Source: Mobula hypostoma
Taxonomy: Eukaryota
Assembly (NCBI RefSeq): GCF_963921235.1
Contig: NC_086107.1
Location: 86,428,001-86,492,000 of the forward strand
DNA: 64,000 nt
Direction: 5' to 3'
The first letter of the stretch is position 1; every line of letters starts with the position of its first letter. Shown in pieces: positions 49,054-62,989 of this stretch. The position numbers were made by a program, and so were the translations under genes. The notes below the pieces were generated by a model that saw only the letters and a program-made list of their open reading frames with translations, ran no database searches and had not been told where the DNA came from.

Positions 49054-50788
49054 TATACCTTCCTGCTCTCTAGGATTAATAAAGGTGTCCCAGCCTGGCC
49101 AAGCTTCTGCTGATAATTCAAACCCTCCAAGCCAATGATATCTCCGTGTATCTTCTCTGCACTCTTTGCAAATTAATGACATTCTTCTTGGAGCTGGGTG
49201 ACCAGAACTGTGAACAATATATTGCGGTATCACCTCAACTTGTACAGTTGCGACAGGATGTCCCAACTATACTGTAATCAATGTCTTCACCAATGAAGGC
49301 AGCAGGTCAAACATCTGCCTTCACCATTCTGATAACCAGTGCCATCACTTTCAGTTAACAATGTACCTTGGTTTTTCTGTTCTGCAACACTCTCCATAGT
49401 CCTTCCCTGTCATCACGCAACACCTCATACTTGTCCACGTTAACATCCATCTGCCATTCTTTCGTCTAATCCCCCAATTCAGCTCACTCCCATTGTAAAC
49501 TTAAACAATATTCACTGACCACTTCACCAATGTTGCTGTCATTGTCAAACTCACTAACAATGATAACAACGTTGTCAGACAAATTGATAATGTAGTTGAC
49601 AGATGACACCGATCCCTATGACCCACTGGTTAGAGGTCTCCATTCTGAATAATAAGCTTCCACTACCACCCTTTCAGCAAGAATATTTTGTAACACTTTT
49701 GTTAGATTCACTGGCCTGTAGTTCCCTGCCTTGCTGATGCAGCTCTTAGATAAGAATACAACATTAGCCACCATCCTGTCTTGCAGTGTCTGCATATTTA
49801 ATTTTAAATTTTCACCTTTTTGTACAACTGGTTGTATATGTATGTGTCCTTACAGTATGCTGCTGTCGTAGAAATCTGTGTCCTTACAGTACAGTGCCAT
49901 CTGTGTTTCATTGAAGTATGTTGCTGGCTGTTGTAAAGTACTGTAAGGGCACAGAACAGTGCTGACTGCTGTGAAGATCTGTGTTGTTGAACTATATCTG
50001 TAACTCTGACATCTTTATGAAATTATAACTTTCTAATGTGACAAAATGGCACCTGTGTGATCTCAGACTGAAAAACGGAGTTGAGATGGGGCAGGAATGC
50101 AAATAAGGGATGGAATGACCTCAAACACATGAAATTGATGAATTACTGGACTCTGTAAATGTATAAAAATCTGTTTTTAGTCGTAAGATTGAAGCTACCT
50201 ACCTATGACCTAACATATAGAGGCAGACTTCCCTTGCAAGTAATAAACATGCTTATAATTTGATCCACTGAGTTTGTTGCTGTCTGTTATAGTATATTTA
50301 GAAGACCTATTTATAAGGATTATGTTGATAACAATTAGCCCCCCTCCCACCCCGGCCTGGTGAAATTCTAGTGTTTCTGCACACCCCTTCCACTTCGCTG
50401 TTAGTTTGCCTCCATCTTCAAACAAATCTCCCACTAAACCTTCTATTGACAATGGATGAAGTTGAACAGGGTCTTTGTGAGCTCGTCTGAGTTATGAAGT
50501 AATTGCCTCTCAATTACTCCACTATACTGTTTCCTAAGCGCCCTGAATCTGTATAAGAATAAATTAACTCTCATATGGCTGTTTTTGTGCTTCCACCACA
50601 GCTTGTGAAGAGACCCTTCAATGATGTGATGTGTTTTCACAAAGAGGGATACATTCCCAGAGACAGTTATGATAGAATTAATTCACATTCCGTGCGGACA
50701 GGAAATAACTAGGCATGTGGGCAGTCTATGCTCACACACATATTGCTAATTGATTTTTTTAGGACAATAGTTTAATTTTACTTTTTCC

Positions 50789-50976
50789 TTGGCGGGTTTT
50801 TCAAATGACAGGTACTTTTGGATAGTGACGGTTATTTTGCGCGCTTCTCCCGCTGCCGTCTGATGATTGGAGAATTGGACAGCTCGCTGATTGGGTTTCT
50901 CCAAATCACCAATTGGAGAAAGCGCTGCACCACCAATCGTAAATGCCCTTCCCCAATCCTCCCGAAAGTTATAAAA
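50789..50976 (+). promoter_or_regulatory. H2A-1 promoter
   Basis: TTGGCGG-GTTT-TTCAAA, multiple CCAAT/ATTGG boxes, and TATAAAA at 50970. Confidence 0.85.
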
Positions 50977-51015
50977 AGGCCGAATGCGGAACAGTTTTTT
51001 TCATTCTCTGTTTAG

Positions 51016-51417
<402 letters not shown>

Positions 51418-51446
51418 GGGTGAAGTGTTAGTTTAAAAAACCCAAA

Positions 51447-51489
51447 GGCTCTTTTCAGAGCCACCCATATTGTCTACGGAAAGGGCTGA
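51447..51489 (+). terminator. Histone stem-loop and HDE of H2A-1
   Basis: GGCTCTTTTCAGAGCC followed by GAAAGGGCTG. Confidence 0.95.
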
Positions 51490-52622
51490 TAATGACTGGG
51501 GTGACTCGGCTGTTTCCGTATTAAAGTCTCAGGCTAAAGCGCTTTTCCTTCCCCCAAAATAACTACATTTATTTGCGCACAGAGCGCTCTCGCTCTTTCT
51601 CTCTACCCCTTCCATCCCAGTACCCAATTTTATCGAAAATTAATAGTTTTTTCCTGCTGTCGCCTCTGCCTTCTGGATGACTGTAGAGCGGTGCTTGATT
51701 GGTATTAAATTGCCAAATTTGATTAGGGATTTCCTAATTCTCAGCGGAAATGGCCGGTCAGAGAGCGCCCAATGAACAGGGAGCAAGACAAGCGCCAAAA
51801 CTAACGGCCAGACCACTAAAATTGTGAAATTTGTAACGTTCGCCAAGAGAAAGCTGATTTTCTAGAACAGTCCGAAAGTGTATTTGTATTATACGATTTG
51901 TGAATGTGGCCACATGATCCGATCCATTTATAATAGACTGTGTGAATTAAGTTTAGTGTTCAAAGTAAAATTATCAAACTGTGTAGACAATATACAGCCT
52001 TGAAATTCTTCTTGCAGAAACCCACAAAACAAAGACAATTGAATCCACGAAAAAACACACATAACAAAGACCGATGAACAACTAATCCGCAAGAGGAGAA
52101 ATCGCGCAAATAATTTAAAAAAAACAAATAATTAATAGAACGCGACCCGCAGAGTCGTCTTAAGCTAATTCTCCGATATGAGAGTAACTGTGAATTCAAT
52201 TTTCCTTTTAATTACCGATCGGCACAAATACTGAATCATAGAACATGACAGGATTTTGTTTTAATTTAAAACGCAGGAGGTTATGGAGGGTTCGCTGTTG
52301 AAGTACGATCAGGGCCGGGATTGCGATGTGACTCAGGACAGTCCCAGCACAGCCAACTGTTGCTGATAAACAGCATCAGTAACGGCAAATATCTACCTCA
52401 CGACGATGCACTTTGTGTAAAGGTTTGTGTGCATATCTGAAGACCGAAACAAGCTGATAACAGAAAGGGAAAATGCTCCGTGACAGTACAATGGGTAGTG
52501 GGAGATCCCGGGATTAAAACAGGCAGATGGATTGCAAACCTTGATCGCTATAAATTATAATTACTTCTAAACTGAAAATCTGCAAGGAAAGGTTAGTTAT
52601 TATTCACTGCTGAAATATTGGA

Positions 52623-52662
52623 GCAACTCTTTCAGCGATAGAGAGTGGCTCTTAAAAGAGCC
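52623..52662 (-). terminator. Histone stem-loop and HDE of H2B-1
   Basis: GGCTCTTTTAAGAGCC (52647-52662) followed by GAAAGAGTTG. Confidence 0.95.
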
Positions 52663-52681
52663 GTTGTTTTCGTTTGTTTAG

Positions 52682-53065
52682 TCANNNNNNNNNNNNNNNN
52701 NNNNNNNNNNNNNNNNNNNNNNNNNNNNNNNNNNNNNNNNNNNNNNNNNNNNNNNNNNNNNNNNNNNNNNNNNNNNNNNNNNNNNNNNNNNNNNNNNNNN
52801 NNNNNNNNNNNNNNNTCGACCGCTTGTTGTAATGGGCCAGACGGGAAGCCTCGCCCGCGATGCGCTCGAAAATATCGTTCACGAACGAGTTCATGATGGT
52901 CATGGCCTTGGAGGAGATGCCGGTGTCGGGGTGAACCTGCTTCATCACCTTGTAGACGTAGATGGAGTAGGTCTCCCTCCTCGACCTCCTGCGCTTCTTG
53001 GTGCCCTTGGCTTTGGACACGGCTTTCTTGGCGCCTTTCTTGGGAGCTTTGGGCTGATCAGGCAT
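52682..53065 (-). CDS. H2B: Histone H2B, 3' part hidden by Ns (true stop probably ~52700)
   Basis: [23 protein letters not shown]...HYNKRS, then 131 Ns at 52685-52815. A canonical 38-aa remainder would stop inside the N block. Confidence 0.92.
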   Translation of the reverse strand: MPDQPKAPKKGAKKAVSKAKGTKKRRRSRRETYSIYVYKVMKQVHPDTGISSKAMTIMNSFVNDIFERIAGEASRLAHYNKRSXXXXXXXXXXXXXXXXXXXXXXXXXXXXXXXXXXXXXXXXXXXX

Positions 53066-53114
53066 TTCTTCAGTCAGTAACCGACCCAGAAATAGCGGAA
53101 CTCACTCGGAGTGC

Positions 53115-53290
53115 GGATTAAATGGGCAGTGTGGCCCCGCCTTATGCTAATAAGGGATTCATGTAAAACCGTTTCCGATTGGTTAGTTTGGAAGTATGGA
53201 ATTTATTACGTTCTTCTAACCCTTTGAAAGGAAGTATGAAGTGACCAATCATGGTATCTGGTCATAGTCAATCACAACCCGCCCGGAGAC
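53115..53290 (-). promoter_or_regulatory. H2B-1 promoter with variant octamer
   Basis: CCTTATTAGCATAAG on minus (ATGCTAAT at 53144-53151) and CCAAT at 53178. Confidence 0.75.
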
Positions 53291-53924
53291 TGCTACGGCT
53301 GGTGGAAGCTGAGGCAGGAGAAGCTGCCGCTGAGAATCATTGCTTCTTTTCTAGAAGCAGTGGCGGCTGCAGATGTCAGATCTGACAGAGCTATTTACAA
53401 CAGCAATGTGAAAATTATTATATTCTGATCCACACCCGGAAGTCTGAACATACTTGGTTGTGAGCCGACCAAGGGGTTGGTCTGAACAACCGGTGTTGTC
53501 CCGTGCGGGCTGAATATTCTTGCTCTGTACTAGACATTCCTGGGATTGGTTTTAATCTTTTGCTGGTGTGTGGGTATCACCAGCAGGGATACCAATGTTT
53601 CCCAATCTCCAGTCCTTCTGGATTGACTTTCTAGTTTATTTCAGAGCCGAACAGGGTCCGTTACACCACTGTGACCTTGAGTCACAAGTTCTTTGGCACA
53701 GCCTCATGCTGCAATCATTTACCATTTAAATAATTGTATATGACAATGGATGAAGTTGAATAGGATTTTGTGTGCTTGCTTTTTGTTCATGTTCGAGTTA
53801 CGAAGTAATGCCTCTCAAGTGTCCTGAATCAGTATAAGAACAAATAAACTCACGGTTTGTGAAGAGGGACACATTCCCAGAGACAGTTGTAATAGAATTA
53901 ATTCACATTCCGTGCAGAGAGGCC

Positions 53925-54545
53925 AAGAGACTGCAGATGCTGGAAATTTGGAGCAACACACAAAAGCGCTAGAGAAACACGCCTGGTCAGGGTACATCCC
54001 TCAATCCAAGATATCAACTGTCCATTTTGCTCCGTAGGCTCAGACTCATGGTAACTGTTCCCCCCTGTCCATTTTCCCCCTTTAGCTTCTCCCTCTCCCT
54101 TTGTAAAGTGAATATGTTCCTTTAGCTGCCCCTAACTAAATAAAGCCATGTTGTGAAGTATTTTATATAAAGGATGATTATGAATTATTTGGGAACATTT
54201 ATTTGATGGTAAAAGTTCACCGTGGTAGATGGATGAGGACAGCAAGATCAGGGAACACCCCAGGGCTGAAATGGCTAACACAAGACGGCACGGTTTTAAG
54301 GTGCTTGGAAGTAGGTACAGAGGAGATGTCAGGGGTAAGTTTTTTTTTACGCAGAGAGTTCTTACGCATGGAATAGGCTGCCGGCGACGGTGGTGGAGGT
54401 GCTAACGATAGGGTCTTTTAAGAGACTCCTGGAGCTTAGGAAAATAGAGGGCTATCTGTAAGCCTAGGTAGTTCTAAGGTAAGGACATGTCCGGCACAGC
54501 TTTGTGGGCCAAAGGGTCTGTAAGGTTTTCTATGTTCTACGTACT
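53925..54545 (+). mobile_element. Penelope-type piece plus CR1 3' end inserted upstream of H2A-2
   Basis: Absent at the homologous sites ~50700 and ~61050. Confidence 0.7.
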
Positions 54546-54615
54546 ATATGGGCAGTTTATGCTCAGACAGAAATTGCGCATTGCATTTTTTTTGGACAAT
54601 AGATTCTATTTTTCC

Positions 54616-54802
54616 TTGGCGGGCTTTTCAAATTTCAGGTCCTTTTGGATAGTGACAGTTATTTTGCGCGCTTCTCTTGCTGTCGGCTGATGATTGGAGA
54701 ATTGGACAGCTCGCTGATTGGGTTATTACAAATCACCAATTGGAGAAAGTGCTGCACCACCAATCGTAAGTGCTCTTCCGTAATCCTCTGGAAGCTATAA
54801 AA
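54616..54802 (+). promoter_or_regulatory. H2A-2 promoter
   Basis: TTGGCGG-GCTT-TTCAAA, CCAAT boxes, and TATAAAA at 54796. Confidence 0.85.
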
Positions 54803-54840
54803 AGGGCGAATGCGGAACAGTTTTCTCATTCTTTGTATAG

Positions 54841-55242
<402 letters not shown>

Positions 55243-55269
55243 AGTGAAACGTCAGTTAAAAAACCCAAA

Positions 55270-55311
55270 GGCTCTTTTCAGAGCCACCCATATTGTCTGT
55301 GGAAAGGGCTG
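55270..55311 (+). terminator. Histone stem-loop and HDE of H2A-2
   Basis: GGCTCTTTTCAGAGCC at 55270-55285. Confidence 0.95.
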
Positions 55312-56512
55312 ATAAAGAATGGGGTGACTCCGGCTGTTTTCGATCTGTGCGTCAATCGTAGCGTAATTAACTCAGTCTAAAGTGCTTTTCCTCCCCTGAA
55401 AACAATATTAATCTGCAGACAGGGCGCTCTCTCTGAACCTGGCTTCCGTCCTAGTTCCGTATTTATCGGAAATTAATGTTTTTTTCCCTGCCACCTGGAT
55501 GACTGCAGAGTGGTGCTTGATTGGCGGTAAATTGCCTAATCTCATTAGGGATTTCCCAGTTTTCAGAGGACATCCTTATTCGCCAATGAACAAGCAACAG
55601 GAGAAGCGCCAAAACTAACTGCCGCAGCACTAAAATTGCGAAATTTGTAAAGTCACCCAGGAGGAAAATAACTATATAACAGTCCGAACATAAATTTTTA
55701 TGTACATATATTTGTGAGGACTCCTCGATCCTGATCCACTTATAATATAGACTGAATTAAAATGTAAGTAAAATTTATTATCAGAGTACATCCGTGTCAC
55801 CACTTACAATCCTGAACTTGTCTTTCCTGCGAGCCAAGTAATGTTTCAAACAAAAATTACCAAATTATGTACACTATACACAATCTTGAAATTCTTCTTG
55901 CAGATACCCACAAAACAAAGGCACATAAACCACCCAACAAAGACTGACTACAACCAATGTGCAAAATAACAAAAAAAACCCCACAATTAATTCACATTAA
56001 CAACCAGCAGAGTCGCCGAATGTTAGTACAGTATTCCGATATGAGAGTGACTGAATTCAATTTTCATTTTAATCATCGATCAGTACAAATACGGAAACAT
56101 AGAACAGGACAGGATTTTGTTTTAATTTAAAACGCATCAGCTGTGGACGGTTCGCTGTTCATAACGTACGATTAGGGCCGAGATTGCGATGTGAAAAAAC
56201 CGTGAACCCTATACTGAATCACAAGTACAAATAAGACTCAGGAAAGTTTCCAGCACAGCTAACTGTTGGCGATAAACCGCATTAGTAATAGCAAAAAACT
56301 TTATGTATGGTTGTGTGTGCATGTCTGAAGACCGAAACAAGCTGATAACAGAAAGGGAAAATGCTCCGTGACAGTACAATGGGTAGTGAGAGAGCGCCCG
56401 GGATTAAAACGGGCAGATGGATTGCAAACCTTGATTACCATCAATTATAGTTATTTCTAAACTGAAAATCTGCAAGGGAAGGTTAGTTAGTATTCACTGC
56501 TGAAATATTGGA

Positions 56513-56554
56513 GCAACTCTTTCAGCGATAGAGTGAGTGGCTCTTAAAAGAGCC
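56513..56554 (-). terminator. Histone stem-loop and HDE of H2B-2
   Basis: GGCTCTTTTAAGAGCC at 56539-56554. Confidence 0.95.
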
Positions 56555-56573
56555 GTTGTTTTCGTTTGTTTAG

Positions 56574-56957
56574 TCANNNNNNNNNNNNNNNNNNNNNNNN
56601 NNNNNNNNNNNNNNNNNNNNNNNNNNNNNNNNNNNNNNNNNNNNNNNNNNNNNNNNNNNNNNNNNNNNNNNNNNNNNNNNNNNNNNNNNNNNNNNNNNNN
56701 NNNNNNNTCGACCGCTTGTTGTAATGGGCCAGACGGGAAGCCTCGCCCGCGATGCGCTCGAAAATATCGTTCACGAACGAGTTCATGATGGTCATGGCCT
56801 TGGAGGAGATGCCGGTGTCGGGGTGAACCTGCTTCATCACCTTGTAGACGTAGATGGAGTAGGTCTCCCTCCTCGACCTCCGGCGCTTCTTGGTGCCCTT
56901 GGCTTTGGACACGGCTTTCTTGGCGCCTTTCTTGGGAGCTTTGGGCTGATCAGGCAT
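56574..56957 (-). CDS. H2B: Histone H2B, 3' part hidden by Ns (true stop probably ~56592)
   Basis: MPDQPKAP start at 56957 and 131 Ns at 56577-56707. Confidence 0.92.
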   Translation of the reverse strand: MPDQPKAPKKGAKKAVSKAKGTKKRRRSRRETYSIYVYKVMKQVHPDTGISSKAMTIMNSFVNDIFERIAGEASRLAHYNKRSXXXXXXXXXXXXXXXXXXXXXXXXXXXXXXXXXXXXXXXXXXXX

Positions 56958-57004
56958 TTCTTCAGTCAGTAACCGACCCAGAAATAGCGGAAGTCGCTCA
57001 GAGT

Positions 57005-57180
57005 GCCGAATAAGTAGGCAGTGTAGTTCCACCCTATGCTAATGAAGAATTCGGGAAAACAAAGTTTGTCATTGGTTAGTTTGGACGTATGAAAATTATT
57101 ATATTCATCTGACGCTTTGAATGGAAGAATGAAGGGAGTAATTATGGTGGCTGGCTGTTGCCAATCTCAACCCGCCCAGA
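57005..57180 (-). promoter_or_regulatory. H2B-2 promoter with variant octamer
   Basis: ATGCTAAT at 57036-57043 and CCAAT at 57071. Confidence 0.7.
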
Positions 57181-57689
57181 GTCCGGCGCCGCTGGTGGAA
57201 GCGAAGGCGAAATGCGCTGCCGCTGAGAATCATTTCATTTCTTCTTGGAACTGAGGAGGCTGCGGATCTCAGACCGAGTTAATGAGAACTAAATTGTGAA
57301 AATTCTGATCTACACACGGCGAGTCTGAACCTACATGGGTGTGAGCCGACGGAGGGGATGGTCTGAACAACCTGTGTTATCCCGTGTGGGCTGAAAGGCC
57401 TTGCTCTGTCCTGGGATTGGTTAATTCTTTCAAGGTGTGTGGGCATTGCCAACAGGGATACCAATGTCTCCCAATGCCCAGTCCTTCTGTTCTGGAGTGA
57501 CTTCCTAACCCATTTCAGAGGGCAGAGAAGGGCCTGGCACACCACTGTGCCTGGAGTTGCACAGAGGCTGGCGAAAGGACGGCAGATTTCCTCCCAAGAG
57601 GGTATTACTGACCCTGATAGGTTTTCACCACAGACCACTACTCACCACAATGGACTAACTGTTTATTCCAACGTATTCCACTGCATTTG

Positions 57690-60302
57690 GGACCCCACAC
57701 ACTAAACTGTTTTGAAGTTGAAAGTAAGTATGCTGATGAGGGCAGTGTTGTTTACACAGACTTCTTTGAGGCCTTTGGCATTTTAGGCATGTGAGTCTGG
57801 CCCAAACCATCAGAACCCATGAGATACAAAGTGAAGTGCAAACTGGATCTAAAAGCATCTTGGCTTATGGGAGGCACAGGGTAGTGGCGGAGAGTTGTTC
57901 TTCTCACTGTAAGTTTGTGACCAGTGGTGCGGTACGTCACATGGATTGGGGCTAGGATCCTTTCTGTTTGTGGTAGGCATCAACAACTTGGATGTTAATG
58001 TAGTTGGTGCGATCAGCATGTTTACAAATGACATAAAAATCTGCAGATGTGGAGATAGTGAGGAGGATTGTCTTAGACATGACATGATCTTCATCATCTG
58101 GACCACCAGGCAGAGGAATGACATGGAATTTAATCTTGTCTAGCAAGAGGGAAATGGTACATTGGTCTTTATTAAAGGTGGTTTGGAGATTAGAAATAGG
58201 GAATTATTTTTGTGTTTTACAGGGAATTGTTGCGGTCACACTGGAGTACTGGGGACAGTTCTGGTCACCATACTGAAGAACAGATCACTCAAATGGATTC
58301 AACAGGACAGTTCCAGGGATAAGAGAGTTGTCCTGTTATAAAATACCAGAGAAATCAGATCCAAGTCCTTTAGAGTTTAGAAACGTGAGGAGTGACTTTC
58401 TTGAATCTCACAAGGTCCCTTAGGCATGTTGACAGGGAGATGTTGTGGTGTTTCTACCAGTGGGAGAAGCTGGAATGATGGGACACAGTTACAAGATGAG
58501 GGAGTGGTCATTTAAAGTTGAGGTGTAGGAAAGTCTTGCAAAGGGTGAGGAAAACTTGGAGGATGGATCACTGGAGGAATTTAAAGAGGAGAAAGATACA
58601 TTTTGGAAAGACCAGGGATATGAGGGTGATGTGCAACTGGTATAGAAGAGGAGCTGAGGCCTGGGACAGATCATCCATGATCATATCGAATGGTGGGAAA
58701 GGGGTGAGGTGCCAGGTGGAAACTCCTGCTCCTGTTGTCTTGAGTTCCTCTGAGTGTGGTTCTCATCTGGGACTCTGTCTGTGGGGTCCTGCAGGGGAAA
58801 TAACCTGCAGATTGGGGCACAGGACTGAAATGACTGTTGTACAAGGTGATAGCACAGACTGGATGGGTCAAATGGTCTCTTGTGGCCATATATTCCCTTG
58901 CGTCACATCCCACCCATGTTTAAAGTGCAAAATGGACAATCTTAGTTTGTTAAATAAGGACACACTTCTGTTTAGACACTGGCACTGTATTCCAAACACA
59001 CTGGGCTGCCAGAGCACAGCACCAGTCAGTGAGGACACAGACCAATACGACACACCACTCTTTAATACAAGGATAGAGATTTAAGAAAACAGAACACTGA
59101 TGGCCCAGAGCTGGGCAGTCCCAGTATTACACTGTAACTCTGTCTGATAAACATCATCAGTATCATACTGTAGGACATAGGTCTTTACTACAACCAGTTG
59201 TAGAAATATGAACATTAAAAAAATCAACAAATATTGAAAATCTAAAACAGAAATTGAAAATGCTGAAACACTAACATAACACACTACATCTGGTAATTAC
59301 TTCCAGCATTTCCAGGATTATTTTCATGTCTTCGCTCGGCACAGGTGAGATCCTGGAGGACTGGTGAGTATCTAATGTTGTACCTCTATTTAAGAAGGGA
59401 ACAATAGAAAATCCTGGGAACTATAGACTGATGAGTCTCACTTCAGTTGTTGGAAAATTGCCGGAAAAACCTGTTAGGGATAGGATATATGAACATTTGG
59501 GAACCCCATGGCCTAGCTGGGGAGAGCCAGCATAGCTTTGAGCATGTCAGGCTGTGTCATACCAACTTGACTTTTGACAGGGCAACGAGAGAGATTGATG
59601 AGGGTAAGGCACTGAATATTGAGTACATGGACATAGGCGTTTGACAAAGTCCCTCATGGGAGATGAATCCAGAAGATTAAGATGCATGGGATCTGCTGCG
59701 AATTGTCTGTTTGGAATCAGAATTGACTTGCCCATAGAAGACAGAGGGTCATGGTTGAAGGGACCTATTCGAGCTGGAGGTCTGTAATTAGTGGAGTTTT
59801 GCAGGGATCTGTGCTGTGACCTCTGCTGTTTGTGATGTATATAAATGGCCTGCATGAAATGTAGAAGGATGGGTTAGTAAATTTGTGGATGATACCAAGA
59901 TTGCTGGAGTTCTGGATACTGTAGAAGACTGGCAAAGAATACAGCACACTATAGATCAGTTGCAGATATGAGCTGAGAAATGGCAGACAGATTTTAACCT
60001 ATTAAATGTGAGGTTTTTTTTTACCCCAGTAGAACCAATGCAAGGAGACAGTATACTGTTAACAGAAGATCAGTAACAGCATTGCTGAGCCGAGAGATCT
60101 TGGCATCCAAGTATATTGCTCCTTGAAAGTGGCTGCACAGGTCAGTAATGTGGTTAAGAATGCTCGCTTTTATTAGATGAGGCATTGAATTCAAAAGGAA
60201 AGAGGTTATGTTGCAACTTTATAAACCTCTGGTTTGGCCACATCTGGAGTATTGCATGCCATTCTGGTCGCACTGTGTTAGAAAGGATGTTTGGGCTTTG
60301 GA
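57690..60302 (+). mobile_element. CR1 fragments
   Basis: RT remnants (MFTNDIKIC; PGNYR; FVDDTK-like). Confidence 0.75.
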
Positions 60303-60560
60303 GACACAGCTATCTCCTCCAATATCATGAGCATCATGAGTCCATTTGTGGAAAAGATTTTCGAGCACATTAGTGGCGAGGCTTCCAAACCGGACCATTA
60401 CAAGAAGTGGATTACTGTCACATCCTGGGAGATCCAGACTGCCAGGCACCTTTTGCTGCTTAGGGAGCTTGCCAGGTGCACCGTGTTTGAAGGGACAAAG
60501 AAGGTGAACAAGTACACCAGCTCCAAGTACATTTCCAAAGGATGCTGAAACCCCAATGGC
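60303..60560 (+). pseudogene. 5'-truncated decayed H2B pseudogene joined to a CR1
   Basis: [29 protein letters not shown]...[33 protein letters not shown]. The stop has become TAC, and only half of the stem-loop (GGCTC) remains. Confidence 0.9.
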
Positions 60561-61136
60561 TCCATCTTTCCACGAGAGATTTATCTTAATATTTCCACAA
60601 TACTTTTCTGCAACTGCTTCAATATTTCTATCTTAGGAGATAATGTTTATCAGAATTATGTTGATGACAACTAGCTGTCCCACGACCTGCTGAAATTCTA
60701 GTGTTACTGCACACTGCACTAACACGGAACTTCCCCTTCTTCGCCATTAGTTTGTCTCCATCTTCAAACACTTGCCCCAGTGAACCTTTCGGTGACAATG
60801 AATGAAATTGAATAGGATTTTTGTGTTTGCTGTTGTTTGTATTCGAGTTATGAAGTAATGCCTCTCAATTACTCTACTATACTGTTTCCTAAGTGCCCTG
60901 AATCTGTATAAGAATAAATTAACTCTCATATCGCTGTTTCTGTGCTTCCACCATAGTTTGTGAAGAGACCCTTCGATGTGATGTATTTTCACAAAGACAG
61001 ATACATTCCCAGAGACAGTTATGATATAATTAATTCACATTCCGTGCGGACAGAAAATGACTGGCCATGTAGGCAGTCTATGCTCACACAGATATTGCTA
61101 ATTGCTTTTTTTTGGACTACAGCTTAATTTTTTTCC

Positions 61137-61323
61137 TTGGCAGGCTTTTCAAATTTCAGGCCCTTTTGGATAGTGACGGTTATTTTGCGCGCTTCTCCCG
61201 CTGCCGTCTGGTGATTGGAGAATCGGACAACTCGCTGATTGGGTTTTTCCAAATCACCAATTGGAGAGCTTGCTTTCCCACCAATCGTAAGTGCCCTTCC
61301 GCAATCCCCCGGAAGCTATAAAA
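61137..61323 (+). promoter_or_regulatory. H2A-3 promoter (E2F-like site mutated to GGCAGG)
   Basis: TTGGCAGGCTTTTCAAA, CCAAT boxes, and TATAAAA at 61317. Confidence 0.8.
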
Positions 61324-61362
61324 AGGCCGAATGCGGAACAATTTTTTTCATTCTCTGTTTAG

Positions 61363-61764
<402 letters not shown>

Positions 61765-61795
61765 ATAAGTAAAGCGTCAGTTTAAAAAACCCAAA

Positions 61796-61837
61796 GGCTC
61801 TTTTCAGAGCCACCCATATTGTCTACGGAAAGGGCTG
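61796..61837 (+). terminator. Histone stem-loop and HDE of H2A-3
   Basis: GGCTCTTTTCAGAGCC at 61796-61811. Confidence 0.95.
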
Positions 61838-62989
61838 ATAAAGACTGGGGTGACTCCGGCTGTTTTCGATCTGCGCGTCACTCGTAGCGTATTAAACTCA
61901 GTCTAAAGCTCTTTTCCTCCGCTGAAAATTACAACATAGAGCGCTCTCTCTGAACCCGGCCTCCGGCCCAGTCCCGATCTTTTTTTGGCAGTCGCCCTAC
62001 CTCCTGGATGACTGCAGAGCAGTGCTTGATTGACAGTAATTTGCCTAAACTCATTAAGGATTTCCTAATTCTCAGAGGAAATGCCCGATCAGAGAGCGCC
62101 CTTTTTCACCAATGAACAGGCAACAAGACAAGCGCTAAAACTAACGGCCAGACTGCTAAAATTATGAAATTTGTAAAGCCCGCCAAGAGGAAAATAAATT
62201 TTATAGAACTGTACGAAACTAATTTTTATATACATCTATAAGTTTGTGAATAGGATCACATGACCCTGATCCGCTTATAAGAGATAGACAGATAGATATA
62301 CCTTATTAATCCCGAGATATACTTTATTAATATAGACTGTGTGAATTACGTTTAATGCTCAAAGTAAAAATTATTATCAGAGTATATCCGTGTTACCACA
62401 TGCAGCCCTGAACTACTTTTTCATGCGGGCAAAGTACTGTTCAAAGTGAAATGACCGAACTATGTACACCACAGAGACATGGAAATTTTACCTTCATCTA
62501 ACTTTTTGAATGGTAGATTGAAGGGAGCAATCATAGTGGCTGGCTGAAGCCAAACACAACCCGCCCAGAAACCACATTCTGATCCAGACATGGGAAGTCT
62601 GGACGTACGTGGCTATGAGGCGACGATGATGGGTCTGAACAACCGGTATTGTCCAGTGTGGGCTGATTGGCCTTACACCTGACCTTCCAGTGAATGGTTT
62701 TATTCTTTCCCGGACTGTGGCCATCGCCAGCAGGGATAGCAATGTCTCCCGATCTCCAGTCCTCCTGGAGTGACTTTCAGAGTCCGTCACACCACTGTGA
62801 CCTGGAGTCACACAGAGGCTGGCGAACGGACGGCAGATTTCCTCCTCCGGAGGGAGTTACTGACACTGATGGGCTTTCACCACAGGCCCGTATTCGTCAC
62901 ACTGGAAAGCTATCTGTTCCAGACCTAGGGGCTCTCCTGTGCTGCCCACTGAATCTGGTACCCCACGCACTGATGTTTCGAAGTGGAAA

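Noticed and set aside
48218-49990. ~23-bp inverted match (CAGCACCATACTGTAAGGACACA) about 1.6 kb apart
   Set aside because: The interior is CR1/SINE debris with no transposase or TSD visible. This is too little to call a transposon.
58518-59084. 188-aa ORF, the 253-aa ORF at 14854, and other short ORFs
   Set aside because: They overlap decayed CR1 or antisense Gypsy sequence and have no recognizable domain.
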